Source: a virus
Taxonomy: Duplodnaviria; Caudoviricetes
Reading direction: 5' to 3' (one strand)
IMG/VR virus record: IMGVR_UViG_3300036825_000059
Coordinates: 1-46,963 of that record
DNA: 46,963 nt
Below the pieces are notes generated by a model. That model worked only from the letters and a program-made list of their open reading frames with translations, was not told where the DNA came from and ran no database searches. Shown one piece after another: positions 34,721-44,682 of the stretch (positions are counted from its first letter, which is position 1; each line of letters starts with the position of its first letter). Both the position numbers and the translations under genes were made by a program.

Positions 34721-35698
34721 CTAGATGCCGTCGACGTAAATGGCCGACAGCGGGTAACGCCATTCGACGCCGCTATATTTGTATTCGCCCGGTACCTGCG
34801 TTTCGAGGCCGAGCACTTGCGGCGTGTGAAAGAGGATCGGCATCGGAATGTGCATCACGAGATTTCGCTCGTTGCGTTCGTAGACGACCATGCGCGAGAC
34901 GCCGGCCGTGCCCGCTTCTTCGAGGTCGGCGCCGCCGATGATGTTGATTTGCTGGTTGCGCTCAACGCGTGAAAGGTTGTTCGCGAGTAGCCAGGTGAGG
35001 ATCGTCGTATCGGTGCTGTTACCGGCGGGCGTGCTGGCCAGCAGGCCGAACTGTCGACCGGGTAGCGCGATCGTGTCGACGATCGCGTTACGCTTGCTCT
35101 GCGTCCAGACCTGAATGATGGCGGCGTTGATATCTTCCAGCACCATTTGAGCGAGGTTGTCGGGGCGCGGCGTGCGTAGCCAGTCGCCGTTAGGCGCGGC
35201 CATGACAGGCACGTGAGGATTGTTAAAAACGCCCGTCAAATCTTCTTCCCCGTACAGGCCGATGACGTTCATGTGGCGGTTATAGGCCTCGAATGCAGCG
35301 TCTGCGCGGTCGGTATCGAGCGGCAAACCGAGCCGTCCGGACGTGCGCAACTCCTCGAACGTGTACGCATACGCGAGCGCGCCGCCGTGGACTGGCCAGC
35401 TTTCTTCTGCATAGAACACGTCGACGCGTGGCAGATCGCGGCCCTTCAGTGCATGGCGACGGCCTCGCCCTGCATAATCGCGCATGCGGAACGTGATCGC
35501 CTTGGCCCACTCCCCGGCCGCCGTGCTGATCGGCACCAGCCGCTGATAGTCCAGCGGCGCGCGCATCTTTTCATAGACGGTCGTTTCGATATACGCCAGT
35601 TGCGAAACGAGAAACCCGAGCGCTTCAGGTGAGTCGACCAGCGCGAGGGATGGCGTCGCGAGAAAATCGCGAAACACCTGTATGCGGTTCGGTTTCAT
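34721..35698 (-). CDS. Major capsid protein (DUF2184-like, HK97 fold)
   Basis: QLAYIE..YTFEEL..TGVFNNP..SRMVVY..GVEWRYP..YVDGI; start MKPNRI. Confidence 0.9.
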   Translation of the reverse strand: MKPNRIQVFRDFLATPSLALVDSPEALGFLVSQLAYIETTVYEKMRAPLDYQRLVPISTAAGEWAKAITFRMRDYAGRGRRHALKGRDLPRVDVFYAEESWPVHGGALAYAYTFEELRTSGRLGLPLDTDRADAAFEAYNRHMNVIGLYGEEDLTGVFNNPHVPVMAAPNGDWLRTPRPDNLAQMVLEDINAAIIQVWTQSKRNAIVDTIALPGRQFGLLASTPAGNSTDTTILTWLLANNLSRVERNQQINIIGGADLEEAGTAGVSRMVVYERNERNLVMHIPMPILFHTPQVLGLETQVPGEYKYSGVEWRYPLSAIYVDGI

Positions 35699-35711
35699 GT
35701 TGCGAATCCCC

Positions 35712-35738
35712 AAAAAAAACGGCCGCACAATGGCGGCC
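35712..35738 (-). terminator. Terminator-like hairpin just upstream of MCP start
   Basis: Minus: GGCCGC-cattgt-GCGGCC-g-TTTTTTTT. Confidence 0.65.
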
Positions 35739-35771
35739 AGCAGATGACGAAGTGAGACGGAAAACGCGTGG

Positions 35772-36353
35772 CTACTTACTCGACGGGTCTGCTTTGCCCG
35801 TTTCGGTTCCCTTGTCGGTCAGCGTGACTGGCCCTGTGGTCGTGCCGGCGGGTGGCGTCGACGCGCTGAGTGCGTCCGGATCGGTGGGCGCGGCCGCCGG
35901 CAAAAGAATGCGATTCAGACGCGCGGCCGCGATGCCGCCCGCGTCCGCTTTCGAATCCCAGAACGCGCCCACAACCGGAAACGCGCCGGCGGTACCGAGC
36001 GAGCCGTCAGCGGCCGCCGTAACCTGTTCCTGGCCGTTGCCGGTGCAGCCGTCGACGCACACGACCCACACCCGGCCGAACTCCATTACCGGCACTGCAT
36101 CATGCTGGCGATAGCGCCACTGGCCATCCTCGCCCGCGATGTAGACGGGGTGGCGCATCACCACGCCGACCACGTTACCGGCCGATGGCGGCCCTAGATG
36201 CCGATCGGCGCCGATACCGACCGCGACGCCCGGCTCAAGCTCCTGAGCGCCGTTCACGTAGGAAACAATCGAACTGATATTGATATCGGCGTCCATACCG
36301 GGCAGACCGACTTCGAAAAGCATGTCTCCCGTATCGCCAAGGTCTATAGCCAT
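35772..36353 (-). CDS. Capsid decoration/cement protein
   Basis: GLPGM..PGVAV..VPVMEFGRVWV; between protease/scaffold and MCP. Confidence 0.8.
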   Translation of the reverse strand: MAIDLGDTGDMLFEVGLPGMDADINISSIVSYVNGAQELEPGVAVGIGADRHLGPPSAGNVVGVVMRHPVYIAGEDGQWRYRQHDAVPVMEFGRVWVVCVDGCTGNGQEQVTAAADGSLGTAGAFPVVGAFWDSKADAGGIAAARLNRILLPAAAPTDPDALSASTPPAGTTTGPVTLTDKGTETGKADPSSK

Positions 36354-36410
36354 GATGCAATCTCCAGAAAGAGGGAAAAGAAACCAGTTTCAGCGCGTCC
36401 AGACGAGCGC

Positions 36411-37631
36411 TCAGACGTTCGCGCGGAACCCGTTCTGCTGTGCCTTCATCCAGTTGGCGCGGGCCTTGTCGGGGTCCGGCATGCCGTCCGCAGTCAGCGC
36501 CGGTTCGACTTTCTGCCGGCCGTCCTGCTGCTGTTGATCGGTACGCGCGGCCATCCCCATCGCATCGGCCACCGCATCAACGCGGCGCGGGTTCGTGTCG
36601 GGCGCACTGGATGCCAGCACCGCGAACGCCGTCCGGATAGCTTCGTCCGGCGCGTCTTTAACCGGCTTGCCACCGAGAACCGCGTCCATCAGCGACTGTT
36701 TTCCCGTATAGAGACTGTCGACGACCTCGCGCCGGATCGCGGCGCACGTCTTGCCGTCTGTCGTGACCTTGGGCGCGAGCCGTTTGGCGTCGTCCATCGT
36801 CTTGACCCAATCGGCTACCATCGCGTCCCGTTGCGCCGGGGTCATTACGTCTTTCTGCATGTCGTTAAGGCGCTTCGTCTGGTCGTCGAGAACGGCCTGT
36901 ATCGCGGCCGGGTTCGAGACGGGTAGCGAAGCGTCGCCAAACTTCACGACCGCCGCCAGCGCGGCCGTGTGCTGCGCAATCGTGTTTTGCGCGGCCGTGA
37001 GCTGCCCCTGTACTTTCTCGACGGCTGCTGCCGCAACGTCGTCCAGGTCAAGGGGGATGCCGTCGAGCAACACCTTTCGAGTTCCCATTTTCAAATCTCC
37101 ATCAGGGTTAGAGTCCGTCATACTGCAAGCCGCCCCACATCGGGCGGCCTTCACCAGCGCCACCGAATTGACGCGGATTTTTCGCTGGATCGCCTCGTAT
37201 GCCTCGCCCTCATGCGTGCCAGGCGTCCAGTCGAGAACGGCGTCGTAGGTCGCGGAAAACTGTTTCTTTCCGGACGCTACGGCGTCGAGCACTTCCTGAG
37301 TGGCGAGTCCTACGTCGCCCCTCACGTACATTCCAGCGCGGCGCGGACCCATGACCATCCCGTCCGCCATCTTTCGCCAGTTCTTCGGATCGACGCGGCC
37401 TATGTGCCCGTTCGTGATCGCAATCCCGTTGTAGGTCGACAGCGAGTCCGCGGCGAACACTTCTTCCGGCGGCCGGAATACGGCAATCACGCGCATCGGA
37501 TCGCCCGCAAGATCGAGCTCATAGGCGCGGTAGTGCTGCACGCCCGCGCGCGCGAGGTTCGCCGGCGCGACGATAAAACCGTCTGGATGCTGGACCCGGC
37601 GCGATAGGTCCACGTCGATAAATTCCTGCAT
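36411..37631 (-). CDS. Prohead protease/scaffold (DUF2213-like)
   Basis: GFIV..ARAGVQHY..FRPPEEVF..ITNGH..NSVALVKAARCGAAC; coiled-coil C-terminus. Confidence 0.9.
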   Translation of the reverse strand: MQEFIDVDLSRRVQHPDGFIVAPANLARAGVQHYRAYELDLAGDPMRVIAVFRPPEEVFAADSLSTYNGIAITNGHIGRVDPKNWRKMADGMVMGPRRAGMYVRGDVGLATQEVLDAVASGKKQFSATYDAVLDWTPGTHEGEAYEAIQRKIRVNSVALVKAARCGAACSMTDSNPDGDLKMGTRKVLLDGIPLDLDDVAAAAVEKVQGQLTAAQNTIAQHTAALAAVVKFGDASLPVSNPAAIQAVLDDQTKRLNDMQKDVMTPAQRDAMVADWVKTMDDAKRLAPKVTTDGKTCAAIRREVVDSLYTGKQSLMDAVLGGKPVKDAPDEAIRTAFAVLASSAPDTNPRRVDAVADAMGMAARTDQQQQDGRQKVEPALTADGMPDPDKARANWMKAQQNGFRANV

Positions 37632-37636
37632 GGCCG

Positions 37637-38026
37637 TTACTCCGGGGTGTGAGGGAACGCCGCCACGGTCATCAGCGCGCGATACTCATGCGAGACGGTC
37701 CCCGGTTCGGGCTCGCAACCGAATAGCCGCGAAGCCTTCATACCGAGCGCGGCCGCGATCGTGTTGCGCATTTCCTCCATCAGCTGCTCGACGGCTTCCG
37801 GGTCGAGCTTGACCGTCAGCATGTATTCGCTTTCCGCGCGCGCGGCCTGGTCGAGTACTTGCGCATGGATGGCGCGCACCGAACAACGGCAGTTTTGCGG
37901 GTGGTACAGGTGATCGCCCATATAGCTTTCGTCGACGATCAATTGAGCCGGGTTCGCGCCGTCGATCGTGAGCGGGTGCATGTGGCCTGGATCGGTCACG
38001 CCGTGGGAATGCTGGTTCGCTTCCAT
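37637..38026 (-). CDS. Hypothetical motif-mosaic protein
   Basis: GGAG RBS, ATG 1 nt after Mu-F stop, stop 5 nt before protease start; see findings. Confidence 0.72.
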   Translation of the reverse strand: MEANQHSHGVTDPGHMHPLTIDGANPAQLIVDESYMGDHLYHPQNCRCSVRAIHAQVLDQAARAESEYMLTVKLDPEAVEQLMEEMRNTIAAALGMKASRLFGCEPEPGTVSHEYRALMTVAAFPHTPE

Positions 38027-38027
38027 A

Positions 38028-38915
38028 TCAGTCGTCTCCATCGTCCGAGCTGCTGCCTACCATTGGAATCGCCACGCACCGACAGTTAATGTCGTGGCCC
38101 GGGTGTCCGGTTTCGGCGGGCGGCGAGTCCCACCTGAAAACCTGTCCATCGTTATCGGCGTGGGTCTCGCGCACGCGCTCATCGCCGGCGGTCATCCACG
38201 TGTATTCCTCAATGCCTAGATCGGTCTGCCGCGTCTCCGCGATCGCGGCGTTTGTCTTGGACGTCTGGTCGCGCGCGATCAATTTGGCGCGGCTATCCGT
38301 GACCCCGTATATGTCCTGAATGCTGTCCGCGATTTCGCTGTAGCGCTGCCCCTGCTGCACGCCCGTAAGCACGGTCGTATTGAGCCGGTCGAAGTACTGC
38401 GCGGGAATCGTCTTGATTAGATTTACGTTCACCTGGCGCGCGAGCGTGAGCGTTGGCTGTATGTTCTGCGCGCGCAGTAACTGCGTGATATCTATCCCGT
38501 AGGCCTGCGCGATACTGCTTTGCAACGTCTCGACGTTCTGCGCGTCGACGCCCTGGACGAGCTGCGCGGCGATGACTTCGGCCGACTGCGCGAGACCGCC
38601 CGTTACTTCCGCCGCGATCGAGGCAATCATTCGCTCGATCGCCATATAGGTCGCGCCGCTCGTTATGTCGGTAATGAGCCCGTCGCTGACGCGTACATAG
38701 TCCGATTCGTATTGCTTCAGCACCGGCAGAAGGCGCGCGTTCGTCAGGTCCTTTAGTAGCCGGGTGAGCGCGAGAAGCTGGCGCCGGTATTGCGCCTCGG
38801 CCTGCCTAGACGGTCGCGACGGTTTGAGGCGTCTGGGTCGCAGGGGCCGAACCGGGCGCCCCTGGGCCTGCGAACGGCGGTTGCGGACCACCATTTGCTG
38901 AAGGCTGATTTCCAT
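38028..38915 (-). CDS. Minor head protein (Mu gpF / SPP1 gp7 family)
   Basis: RAKLIARDQTSK..WMTAGDERVRETH..GHPGHDINCRCVAIP. Confidence 0.92.
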   Translation of the reverse strand: MEISLQQMVVRNRRSQAQGRPVRPLRPRRLKPSRPSRQAEAQYRRQLLALTRLLKDLTNARLLPVLKQYESDYVRVSDGLITDITSGATYMAIERMIASIAAEVTGGLAQSAEVIAAQLVQGVDAQNVETLQSSIAQAYGIDITQLLRAQNIQPTLTLARQVNVNLIKTIPAQYFDRLNTTVLTGVQQGQRYSEIADSIQDIYGVTDSRAKLIARDQTSKTNAAIAETRQTDLGIEEYTWMTAGDERVRETHADNDGQVFRWDSPPAETGHPGHDINCRCVAIPMVGSSSDDGDD

Positions 38916-40248
38916 TAGCGTTCCCGTTTGCGTCGATCGGCGGCGGCGGCGGTGGCATGTAGTTCGCGAGTTCTTCGGCGGCGGTCAGGTCCTCGTCTGT
39001 TACGACATAGGTGTCATTCGCGCGCAAGCGGTCGAGCGCCTGGACTTCCGTGATAACCGAGTTGCGCAGATAGATTTCGTCGCGTTGCGCGCGCGTGAGT
39101 TCGGTGGTCGCCTGGTCTTTCTGGCTTTGCTGCCACAGCACGGTAAATTCGAGAACGAGGTCGTCCAGCAGATGGCCTAGCGAGTGCATCGCGAGAATGT
39201 CGTAAAGCCGTTCCAGCAGCGGCCGCAGACTGCGCTCCTGTTTCGCCTTCAGCGAGTCGTAATAGTTGCGCATGTCCGATTCGCCGGTTGAGTTCATGCC
39301 GCTTGGACTCATGCCGAAAAGCCGGGTCATCGGAATGTCAGCAGCACCGGACAGGCGCTGCATGAACTGCATCATCACTTCGGGCACGCCGGAAAAGCTG
39401 TTCGTTTTCTGGCTGTAGTCGTCGCTGGCGTCGAGGACCAGCGTGTGGTTCATGGACTTCATCATGGCCGCGACTTCAAACCGCTTAAGCATGGTTTGCG
39501 TGCCTTCGTCGCTGCCTAGCTGGATGCGTAGCTCGTCGATTTTCAGAATGTCGACGCACGCCTCAAAAAACATGCTCGCCGTGCCTTGCGCTACGCTGTC
39601 GCCGCGCTGCATCTCGTCATACGTCGATTGCAATACGCTGTCGGACCAATAATTGTTCCGGCGTAACACGTTCAACGGCAGTTTCGCGCCATCAGCGAAC
39701 AGCAGGCGCGAACTGTGGATGCGTTGCGAGCTCCCGCGCACGGTGTAAAACTCGGGGCGCCAGTAGTCGGGCCGGTTGAGGTCTATCAGGCCCGCCACGT
39801 TGCGCACCGGGGTTATCTGGTACCGGTCCAGCACGATCAAACCCTGTAGCGAGCCCTGCTGCATGTCCTCGACCTCGAAAGGCTCCTCGGGGTCGTCGTC
39901 AGCGATCGACGGATAGATTGCCGATCCACCGTAAAGCCGGGACCAGCGAATGTTGTCCGTTACCCGGTCGATGACGTTAAATTCTTTCTCCGCTGTTTCC
40001 AGCTCCTCGCGCGCGCTCGCGTCGCTGGTTTCCATCGTCAGCCATTCGCGGGTCATGTCCTCGGCCGGCGCGTCGACGATTTTCCGCGCGAGCCAGTTGG
40101 CCCGATACATTGAGTCCAGCTCCTCGCCCGGTATCTCGCCCCGGAAGGCGTACCGGCCGTAGCTCATTTTGTCGCTACGCGTCATCAGGCCGGCCGCGAA
40201 GTTTCGCAACGTATCCAGCCAATGAATGCGAGGGGGATTTGTGGTCAT
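38806..40248 (-). CDS. Portal protein (DUF1073 family)
   Basis: WLARKIVDAPAEDMTREW..RLYGG..IHSSRL..GAADIPMTRLFG.SP.G.N.TGESD..NYYD. Confidence 0.92.
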   Translation of the reverse strand: MTTNPPRIHWLDTLRNFAAGLMTRSDKMSYGRYAFRGEIPGEELDSMYRANWLARKIVDAPAEDMTREWLTMETSDASAREELETAEKEFNVIDRVTDNIRWSRLYGGSAIYPSIADDDPEEPFEVEDMQQGSLQGLIVLDRYQITPVRNVAGLIDLNRPDYWRPEFYTVRGSSQRIHSSRLLFADGAKLPLNVLRRNNYWSDSVLQSTYDEMQRGDSVAQGTASMFFEACVDILKIDELRIQLGSDEGTQTMLKRFEVAAMMKSMNHTLVLDASDDYSQKTNSFSGVPEVMMQFMQRLSGAADIPMTRLFGMSPSGMNSTGESDMRNYYDSLKAKQERSLRPLLERLYDILAMHSLGHLLDDLVLEFTVLWQQSQKDQATTELTRAQRDEIYLRNSVITEVQALDRLRANDTYVVTDEDLTAAEELANYMPPPPPPIDANGNANGNQPSANGGPQPPFAGPGAPGSAPATQTPQTVATV

Positions 40249-40271
40249 GGCGTGCGCCGTGATAACTGTGG

Positions 40272-40301
40272 TTGACAAACCAGTAAACTATGGTTTACAA
40301 T
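40272..40301 (+). promoter_or_regulatory. TA promoter with palindromic operator
   Basis: TTGACA-18bp-TACAAT; GTAAAC-tatg-GTTTAC at 40283-40298. Confidence 0.8.
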
Positions 40302-40307
40302 ACGTAC

Positions 40308-40601
40308 ATGGAACTTCTAAAGACCGAAACGTTTAGTAACTGGCTCGCAACGCTGGATCGCCAGATGCAAAAGCGCGTTGCCATGCGGGTTGATCGCCTC
40401 GCCTTCGGACTCACTGGCGGCGACGCCAAGCCGATCGGTAACGGCGCAAGCGAGTTGCGAATCGACGTAGGTCCCGGCTATCGGGTCTACTTCGCGCAGA
40501 AAGGCGACGTGGTTGTGATCGTCCTGGGCGGCGGCGACAAGAGCACGCAAAGCACCGACATTCAAGACGCGTTGGCCCTCTGGGCAAAACTGAAGGGGTA
40601 A
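40308..40601 (+). CDS. Type II toxin, RelE/ParE superfamily (HigB-like addiction module killer)
   Basis: FSNWL..GDAKPIGNGASELRIDVGPGYRVYF..LGGGDKSTQSTDI. Confidence 0.92.
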   Translation: MELLKTETFSNWLATLDRQMQKRVAMRVDRLAFGLTGGDAKPIGNGASELRIDVGPGYRVYFAQKGDVVVIVLGGGDKSTQSTDIQDALALWAKLKG

Positions 40602-40606
40602 GGAAA

Positions 40607-40912
40607 ATGGAAATTAACGGAATCAAACTGACGCCTTTCGACGCCGCCGAATATCTGGACGACGACGAAAGCCGCGCCATCTATCTCGCTGAAGCACTCG
40701 AAGCGGACTCCCCCGAATACTTCGCGCATGCGCTCGACGTGGTAGCGCGTTCGCGTGGTGTTGCGGACCTGTCCGCTAAAACGGGCATCACGCGACCCGG
40801 CATTTACAAGGCGATTTCGCCCGAGGGAAACCCGGCTTTTTCGACGCTTCGCAAGTTGCTGGATGCGCTCAATCTGGAATTCACGGTCAAGGTGAAAGAG
40901 CATCACGCCTAA
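40607..40912 (+). CDS. Addiction module antidote (HigA-like HTH)
   Basis: [39 protein letters not shown]. Confidence 0.92.
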   Translation: MEINGIKLTPFDAAEYLDDDESRAIYLAEALEADSPEYFAHALDVVARSRGVADLSAKTGITRPGIYKAISPEGNPAFSTLRKLLDALNLEFTVKVKEHHA

Positions 40913-42498
40913 ACCCATTTGCGCCAGTCGGGTGACTCGTTGAGCAAGTCGTTTATCGCGTCGCATAGCGGGTCGACCTGATCGTCAAAGGCGTGCGTAT
41001 CGTCCTCTGTAAATGCCTCGCACTCGGTAACAAAATCGGAAACGAACTCCGCTTCCTCCGGAATCATCACGAGCCCCGCCGCGATCGACGGGGCCGCGCC
41101 TTTTACGCGAACCGTTTTATCCTTGTGGCGCGGTATGCCAAGGATCGGTATCCGCCCTTTCTTTTTGATGCCCTGAATCAGCCCCGTCCCGCTCGACTTG
41201 TCCTCAACGGCCATCACGGCGAGCGGCACATTTACGCGGTGGTCATACGCGCGATGCTTGGTCCAGAAGTCGATAGCGCGCCGCTCCAATTCCGGCGCCT
41301 CCCAGCGGCCGCGTATCTGGTCGATAAGATAGATACGTCCGTCCTCTCCCAGCCCCCAGCATTGAAAGACGCTGTAATCGTTGCGCTCGCTCGTTTTCTG
41401 CGCGGTGTCGACGTATATCTTTCGCGCGCGTATGCGAGGCAGGACCACATAGCGGCCGAACCATTCGCCGTGAATGAGGTTCCCGCCCTCCTCTACCGGG
41501 CGTTGCTGATACTGCGACGAGAACACGCGCCGGCCGATGATTTCGCCCTCGCGATTTTTCCCGCCGCGCTCCATTTCGAGCAGCTCGTCTAGCGGCTCTT
41601 TATATGGCCAGTAACTGAAGCGGCCTTTCGCATCGGTCACGCTCGCGTCGATGCTGGCGGCGTACTCTGGCACGCGATGCTTGACATACTCCGGGTCGAC
41701 GAGCGCCGGTATCTCGACGTAATGCCACTTGCCCGGCAGGTTGCCCGCCTTGATAAAGCCGGTGCAGTCGTCGACGGCGAGACGCTGCATGATGACGATA
41801 ATCGGGGTCTGCGGATTCGCGCGGCGGCTCTTGACCGTCGACACAAGGCGCCGGTTCGCCTTCATGCGCGCGGGCTTGCTGTAGCTGTCGTCGACCTTTA
41901 GCGGGTCGTCCAGCAGGATCGCACCCTGGAAGCCTTCTTCCATGTGGCCGGCGCGGAAGCCGGTAATCTGCCCGCCCAACGCCACCGCGTAGACGCCGCC
42001 GGCCGTCTTGCCATCAATCTCGACGTTCCACCGCTTCAGGCTGCGCGAGTCGTCGCGCAACGTCAGCGGCCACAGCGCCTGGTACTCGTCGGACTGGACC
42101 AGCTCGCGCGCCTTCTGGCTGTTCAGTAGCGCGAGCTCGTCGGAGTAGCTGATATGCAGGAACCGCGCGCGCGGATTGAGCGCGAGCCCGCGGGCTATCA
42201 GGTTGATAACAACAAGTTCCGTCTTGCTCGCGCCCGGCGCCACGTTGATGACGAGGTTCTGTATCTCGCCGTCGAGCACGCGCTGTATCGCGTCGGCTAT
42301 GACTTCGTGGTGCCAGTTGAGGCGAAAATTCAGCCCCTCGCGCCTCTCGAAAAAGTACCGCGTGAAAACAACGTGATCGCGCTCGCACGCCGATCGCAAC
42401 GCCTGTTTGCGGAAGTCCGTAACGGTCGTCTGATGCAGCCAGGCGTCGTTACGCCGGTTCGTGCGAAACGGCAGGACGTTCGAGCCGTCGACGATCAT
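40909..42498 (-). CDS. terL: Terminase large subunit
   Basis: Walker [10 protein letters not shown], Walker [32 protein letters not shown]. Confidence 0.95.
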   Translation of the reverse strand: MIVDGSNVLPFRTNRRNDAWLHQTTVTDFRKQALRSACERDHVVFTRYFFERREGLNFRLNWHHEVIADAIQRVLDGEIQNLVINVAPGASKTELVVINLIARGLALNPRARFLHISYSDELALLNSQKARELVQSDEYQALWPLTLRDDSRSLKRWNVEIDGKTAGGVYAVALGGQITGFRAGHMEEGFQGAILLDDPLKVDDSYSKPARMKANRRLVSTVKSRRANPQTPIIVIMQRLAVDDCTGFIKAGNLPGKWHYVEIPALVDPEYVKHRVPEYAASIDASVTDAKGRFSYWPYKEPLDELLEMERGGKNREGEIIGRRVFSSQYQQRPVEEGGNLIHGEWFGRYVVLPRIRARKIYVDTAQKTSERNDYSVFQCWGLGEDGRIYLIDQIRGRWEAPELERRAIDFWTKHRAYDHRVNVPLAVMAVEDKSSGTGLIQGIKKKGRIPILGIPRHKDKTVRVKGAAPSIAAGLVMIPEEAEFVSDFVTECEAFTEDDTHAFDDQVDPLCDAINDLLNESPDWRKWV

Positions 42499-42560
42499 GG
42501 CAAGCCCCGAAGACCGCCAGCAATCACTAGCCTGGCGGTCTGTCGCTCTCTCGCGGGGGG

Positions 42561-42983
42561 TTATCCAGTGCGGCGCCGGCCGTACTTCATCAAGACTTCA
42601 TCAATGATGGCCTGGGCGTTTTCTTCCGTGCCGACCACCGGCGGCGCATCAAGCGGCACGGCGGCCGGCGGTGCGCCGTTGTCGGTCAGGCGCCACCCGC
42701 CGCGCGTGCGCATCCAGAAAATGCCCGCCTGGACGGTCGTCGTGCGCGAGTTCTTCGCGGTGGCGATCCGGAACAGGTTCTGCGCGACGGACGCGTTACC
42801 GGCGTCCACCGCCGTCGCAATTTCCTTGCGGAATACACGCGCCAGCACCGGATAACTGATTGGCTTGCCAGTGGCCGGATTGATGACATGCCGGCATATA
42901 TTCGCAAGCGGGATGCCGTACACCAGCAACGCTTTGACTAGCTCGCGGTGCGTTGGTGTCGGCTCAAAGCGCCTGTTGGCCAT
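42561..42983 (-). CDS. terS: Terminase small subunit
   Basis: N-terminal [15 protein letters not shown]; start MANRRFEPT; upstream of terL. Confidence 0.8.
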   Translation of the reverse strand: MANRRFEPTPTHRELVKALLVYGIPLANICRHVINPATGKPISYPVLARVFRKEIATAVDAGNASVAQNLFRIATAKNSRTTTVQAGIFWMRTRGGWRLTDNGAPPAAVPLDAPPVVGTEENAQAIIDEVLMKYGRRRTG

Positions 42984-44043
42984 GTTCAAATTCTCCCTCG
43001 TCGACCGTCGCCGCCAGCAGGCCGCGCACGTGGCGCGCGATCGCCCGCATGAACAACGGCGGCACGCAATTGCCCACGGCCGCCCAGCGCTGCGCAAACG
43101 TGCCCGTCAATACGAACGCATCAGGGAACGATCCGAGGCGCTTCAGCTCGTTTATGGTGGCTTTGCGGTTTTCTTCCGGGTGGCACGCTTCGCACGCCCA
43201 CGCCTTACCGCCCGAACTTTTGAGGATCGCCGGCGCGCAGGCGTCCCAGGCCAGCCGGCTCGTATTGAAGTAATGGCCCTTCGGGTTTATGTCGCTGCCC
43301 TTCTGCCCTGCCTTCAGGCGCAAAAGGATTTGCTGATATTTCGAGGTCGCCGGATAGCGGGCTTCCTCGCGTTCGGCGTCCGTATTGACGACCCCGAAAA
43401 ACGCCTCGCGCACGGTGACTGGCCAGGCGATCGGCGCCGGATGCGTGGGCGTCGCGTCGAGGTCCGACCGCAGACCGATAAAAATCAGACGCTGGCGCCG
43501 TTGCGGGACGCCGTAATGTCCGGCCACCAGCACGCGCGCGGAGACGCGATAACCCGCCCCTTCCAGTTCTTCCAGCGCCTGGGCGAAGATGATCCGCATC
43601 TTGCCCGAGACCATGCCCCTAACGTTTTCCATCACGAACGCGCGCGGGCGGAACGCGCGCAGCAGGCGCACGTACTCAACGAAAAGTTGATTGCGGCCAT
43701 CCTCGAATGCGCGCCGCCCCGAGGTCGAAAACCCCTGGCATGGTGGCGAGCCGTCGAGGACGTCCAGCTCGCCCGGTTCGAGGTCGGCCAGGTGTAGCGC
43801 CGCTTCGTCGCTCAGTTTCGTTATGTCGCCGTGATAGAGCGGCACGTGTGGAAAGTTGGTAGCGAATGTCGTCGCCTGCTGGTCGTCCCACTCGACGGCG
43901 AGCCGTTCGTCGAACCCGGCCATTGAGTAGCCGAGACTCGACCCACCGGCGCCAGCAAAGAGCGAGACGACCGTCGGCGCGTCCGGCATACGCGGCGCCA
44001 GATGATCGAGCCACGCGGCCGCAAGACGATCGTGATAGGCCAC
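42964..44043 (-). CDS. DNA cytosine-5 methyltransferase
   Basis: SLFAGAGG, GSPPCQGFS, MENV, PQRRQR, GNCVP. Confidence 0.95.
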   Translation of the reverse strand: MAYHDRLAAAWLDHLAPRMPDAPTVVSLFAGAGGSSLGYSMAGFDERLAVEWDDQQATTFATNFPHVPLYHGDITKLSDEAALHLADLEPGELDVLDGSPPCQGFSTSGRRAFEDGRNQLFVEYVRLLRAFRPRAFVMENVRGMVSGKMRIIFAQALEELEGAGYRVSARVLVAGHYGVPQRRQRLIFIGLRSDLDATPTHPAPIAWPVTVREAFFGVVNTDAEREEARYPATSKYQQILLRLKAGQKGSDINPKGHYFNTSRLAWDACAPAILKSSGGKAWACEACHPEENRKATINELKRLGSFPDAFVLTGTFAQRWAAVGNCVPPLFMRAIARHVRGLLAATVDEGEFEHGQQAL

Positions 44044-44048
44044 GGCGG

Positions 44049-44594
44049 TTATCTCGGAAACTCATGTCCGCATTCGGGACACTTGACCATTTTCACCTCG
44101 CCCGCTATCGAGCCGTCTTTCTCGTTGAAAAGCGGGGGGAGTTGCCCGAGGGTGAACTGTTCGATTTCGGGTGCGCTGAAGCCCGTTAGTTGCACGTCAA
44201 AATCACTCTGGATTTCCAGCAGCTCGGAGCCCAATAGTTCCATGTCCCAACTCGCGTTTTCGGCCAGCCTGTTATCTGCGATGACATACGCGCGGATTTT
44301 CGCCTCGCTCCACCCGCGCGCGATCATGACAGGCGCGTTCTCATACTCCAGCAGGCGGCCGGCGCGCACGCGTCCATGACCCGCGATAAGCGTCCCGTCC
44401 TCAGTGACCAGACACGGCATCGTCCAGCCCCATTCGCGCATGCTGGCCGCGAGCTGCGCTATCTGTTCGTCGCTGTGCATGCGGGCGTTTCGCGCGTAGG
44501 GAATCAGGCGATCAATCGGCCACATTTCGATCGCTTCCGCTGGCCATCCACGCACAGCGCTCGCGGCTGGTGCGTTTCGAGAAGTGCGTCCCAT
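44049..44594 (-). CDS. ParB/Srx N-terminal domain protein with C-terminal zinc ribbon
   Basis: LIPYARNARMHS..IAGHGR..IADNRLAENASWD; KCPECGHEF. Confidence 0.88.
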   Translation of the reverse strand: MGRTSRNAPAASAVRGWPAEAIEMWPIDRLIPYARNARMHSDEQIAQLAASMREWGWTMPCLVTEDGTLIAGHGRVRAGRLLEYENAPVMIARGWSEAKIRAYVIADNRLAENASWDMELLGSELLEIQSDFDVQLTGFSAPEIEQFTLGQLPPLFNEKDGSIAGEVKMVKCPECGHEFPR

Positions 44595-44642
44595 GCTTTT
44601 CCCCTTCCGGCGGGCCTAAGAGACTCGACGTATAGAAAAGTA

Positions 44643-44667
44643 ATGATATGAAAACGATATGATATGA
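44643..44667 (-). promoter_or_regulatory. Two TCATATCAT boxes (minus), 16-bp period, upstream of late operon
   Basis: ATGATATGA at 44643 and 44659. Confidence 0.75.
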
Positions 44668-44682
44668 ATTGATCGGCGGACG

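Noticed and set aside
44049-44594. ParB-N gene as the partition partner of ParA
   Set aside because: Lacks an HTH, is far from parA and is coupled to the methylase; parA has its own overlapping partner
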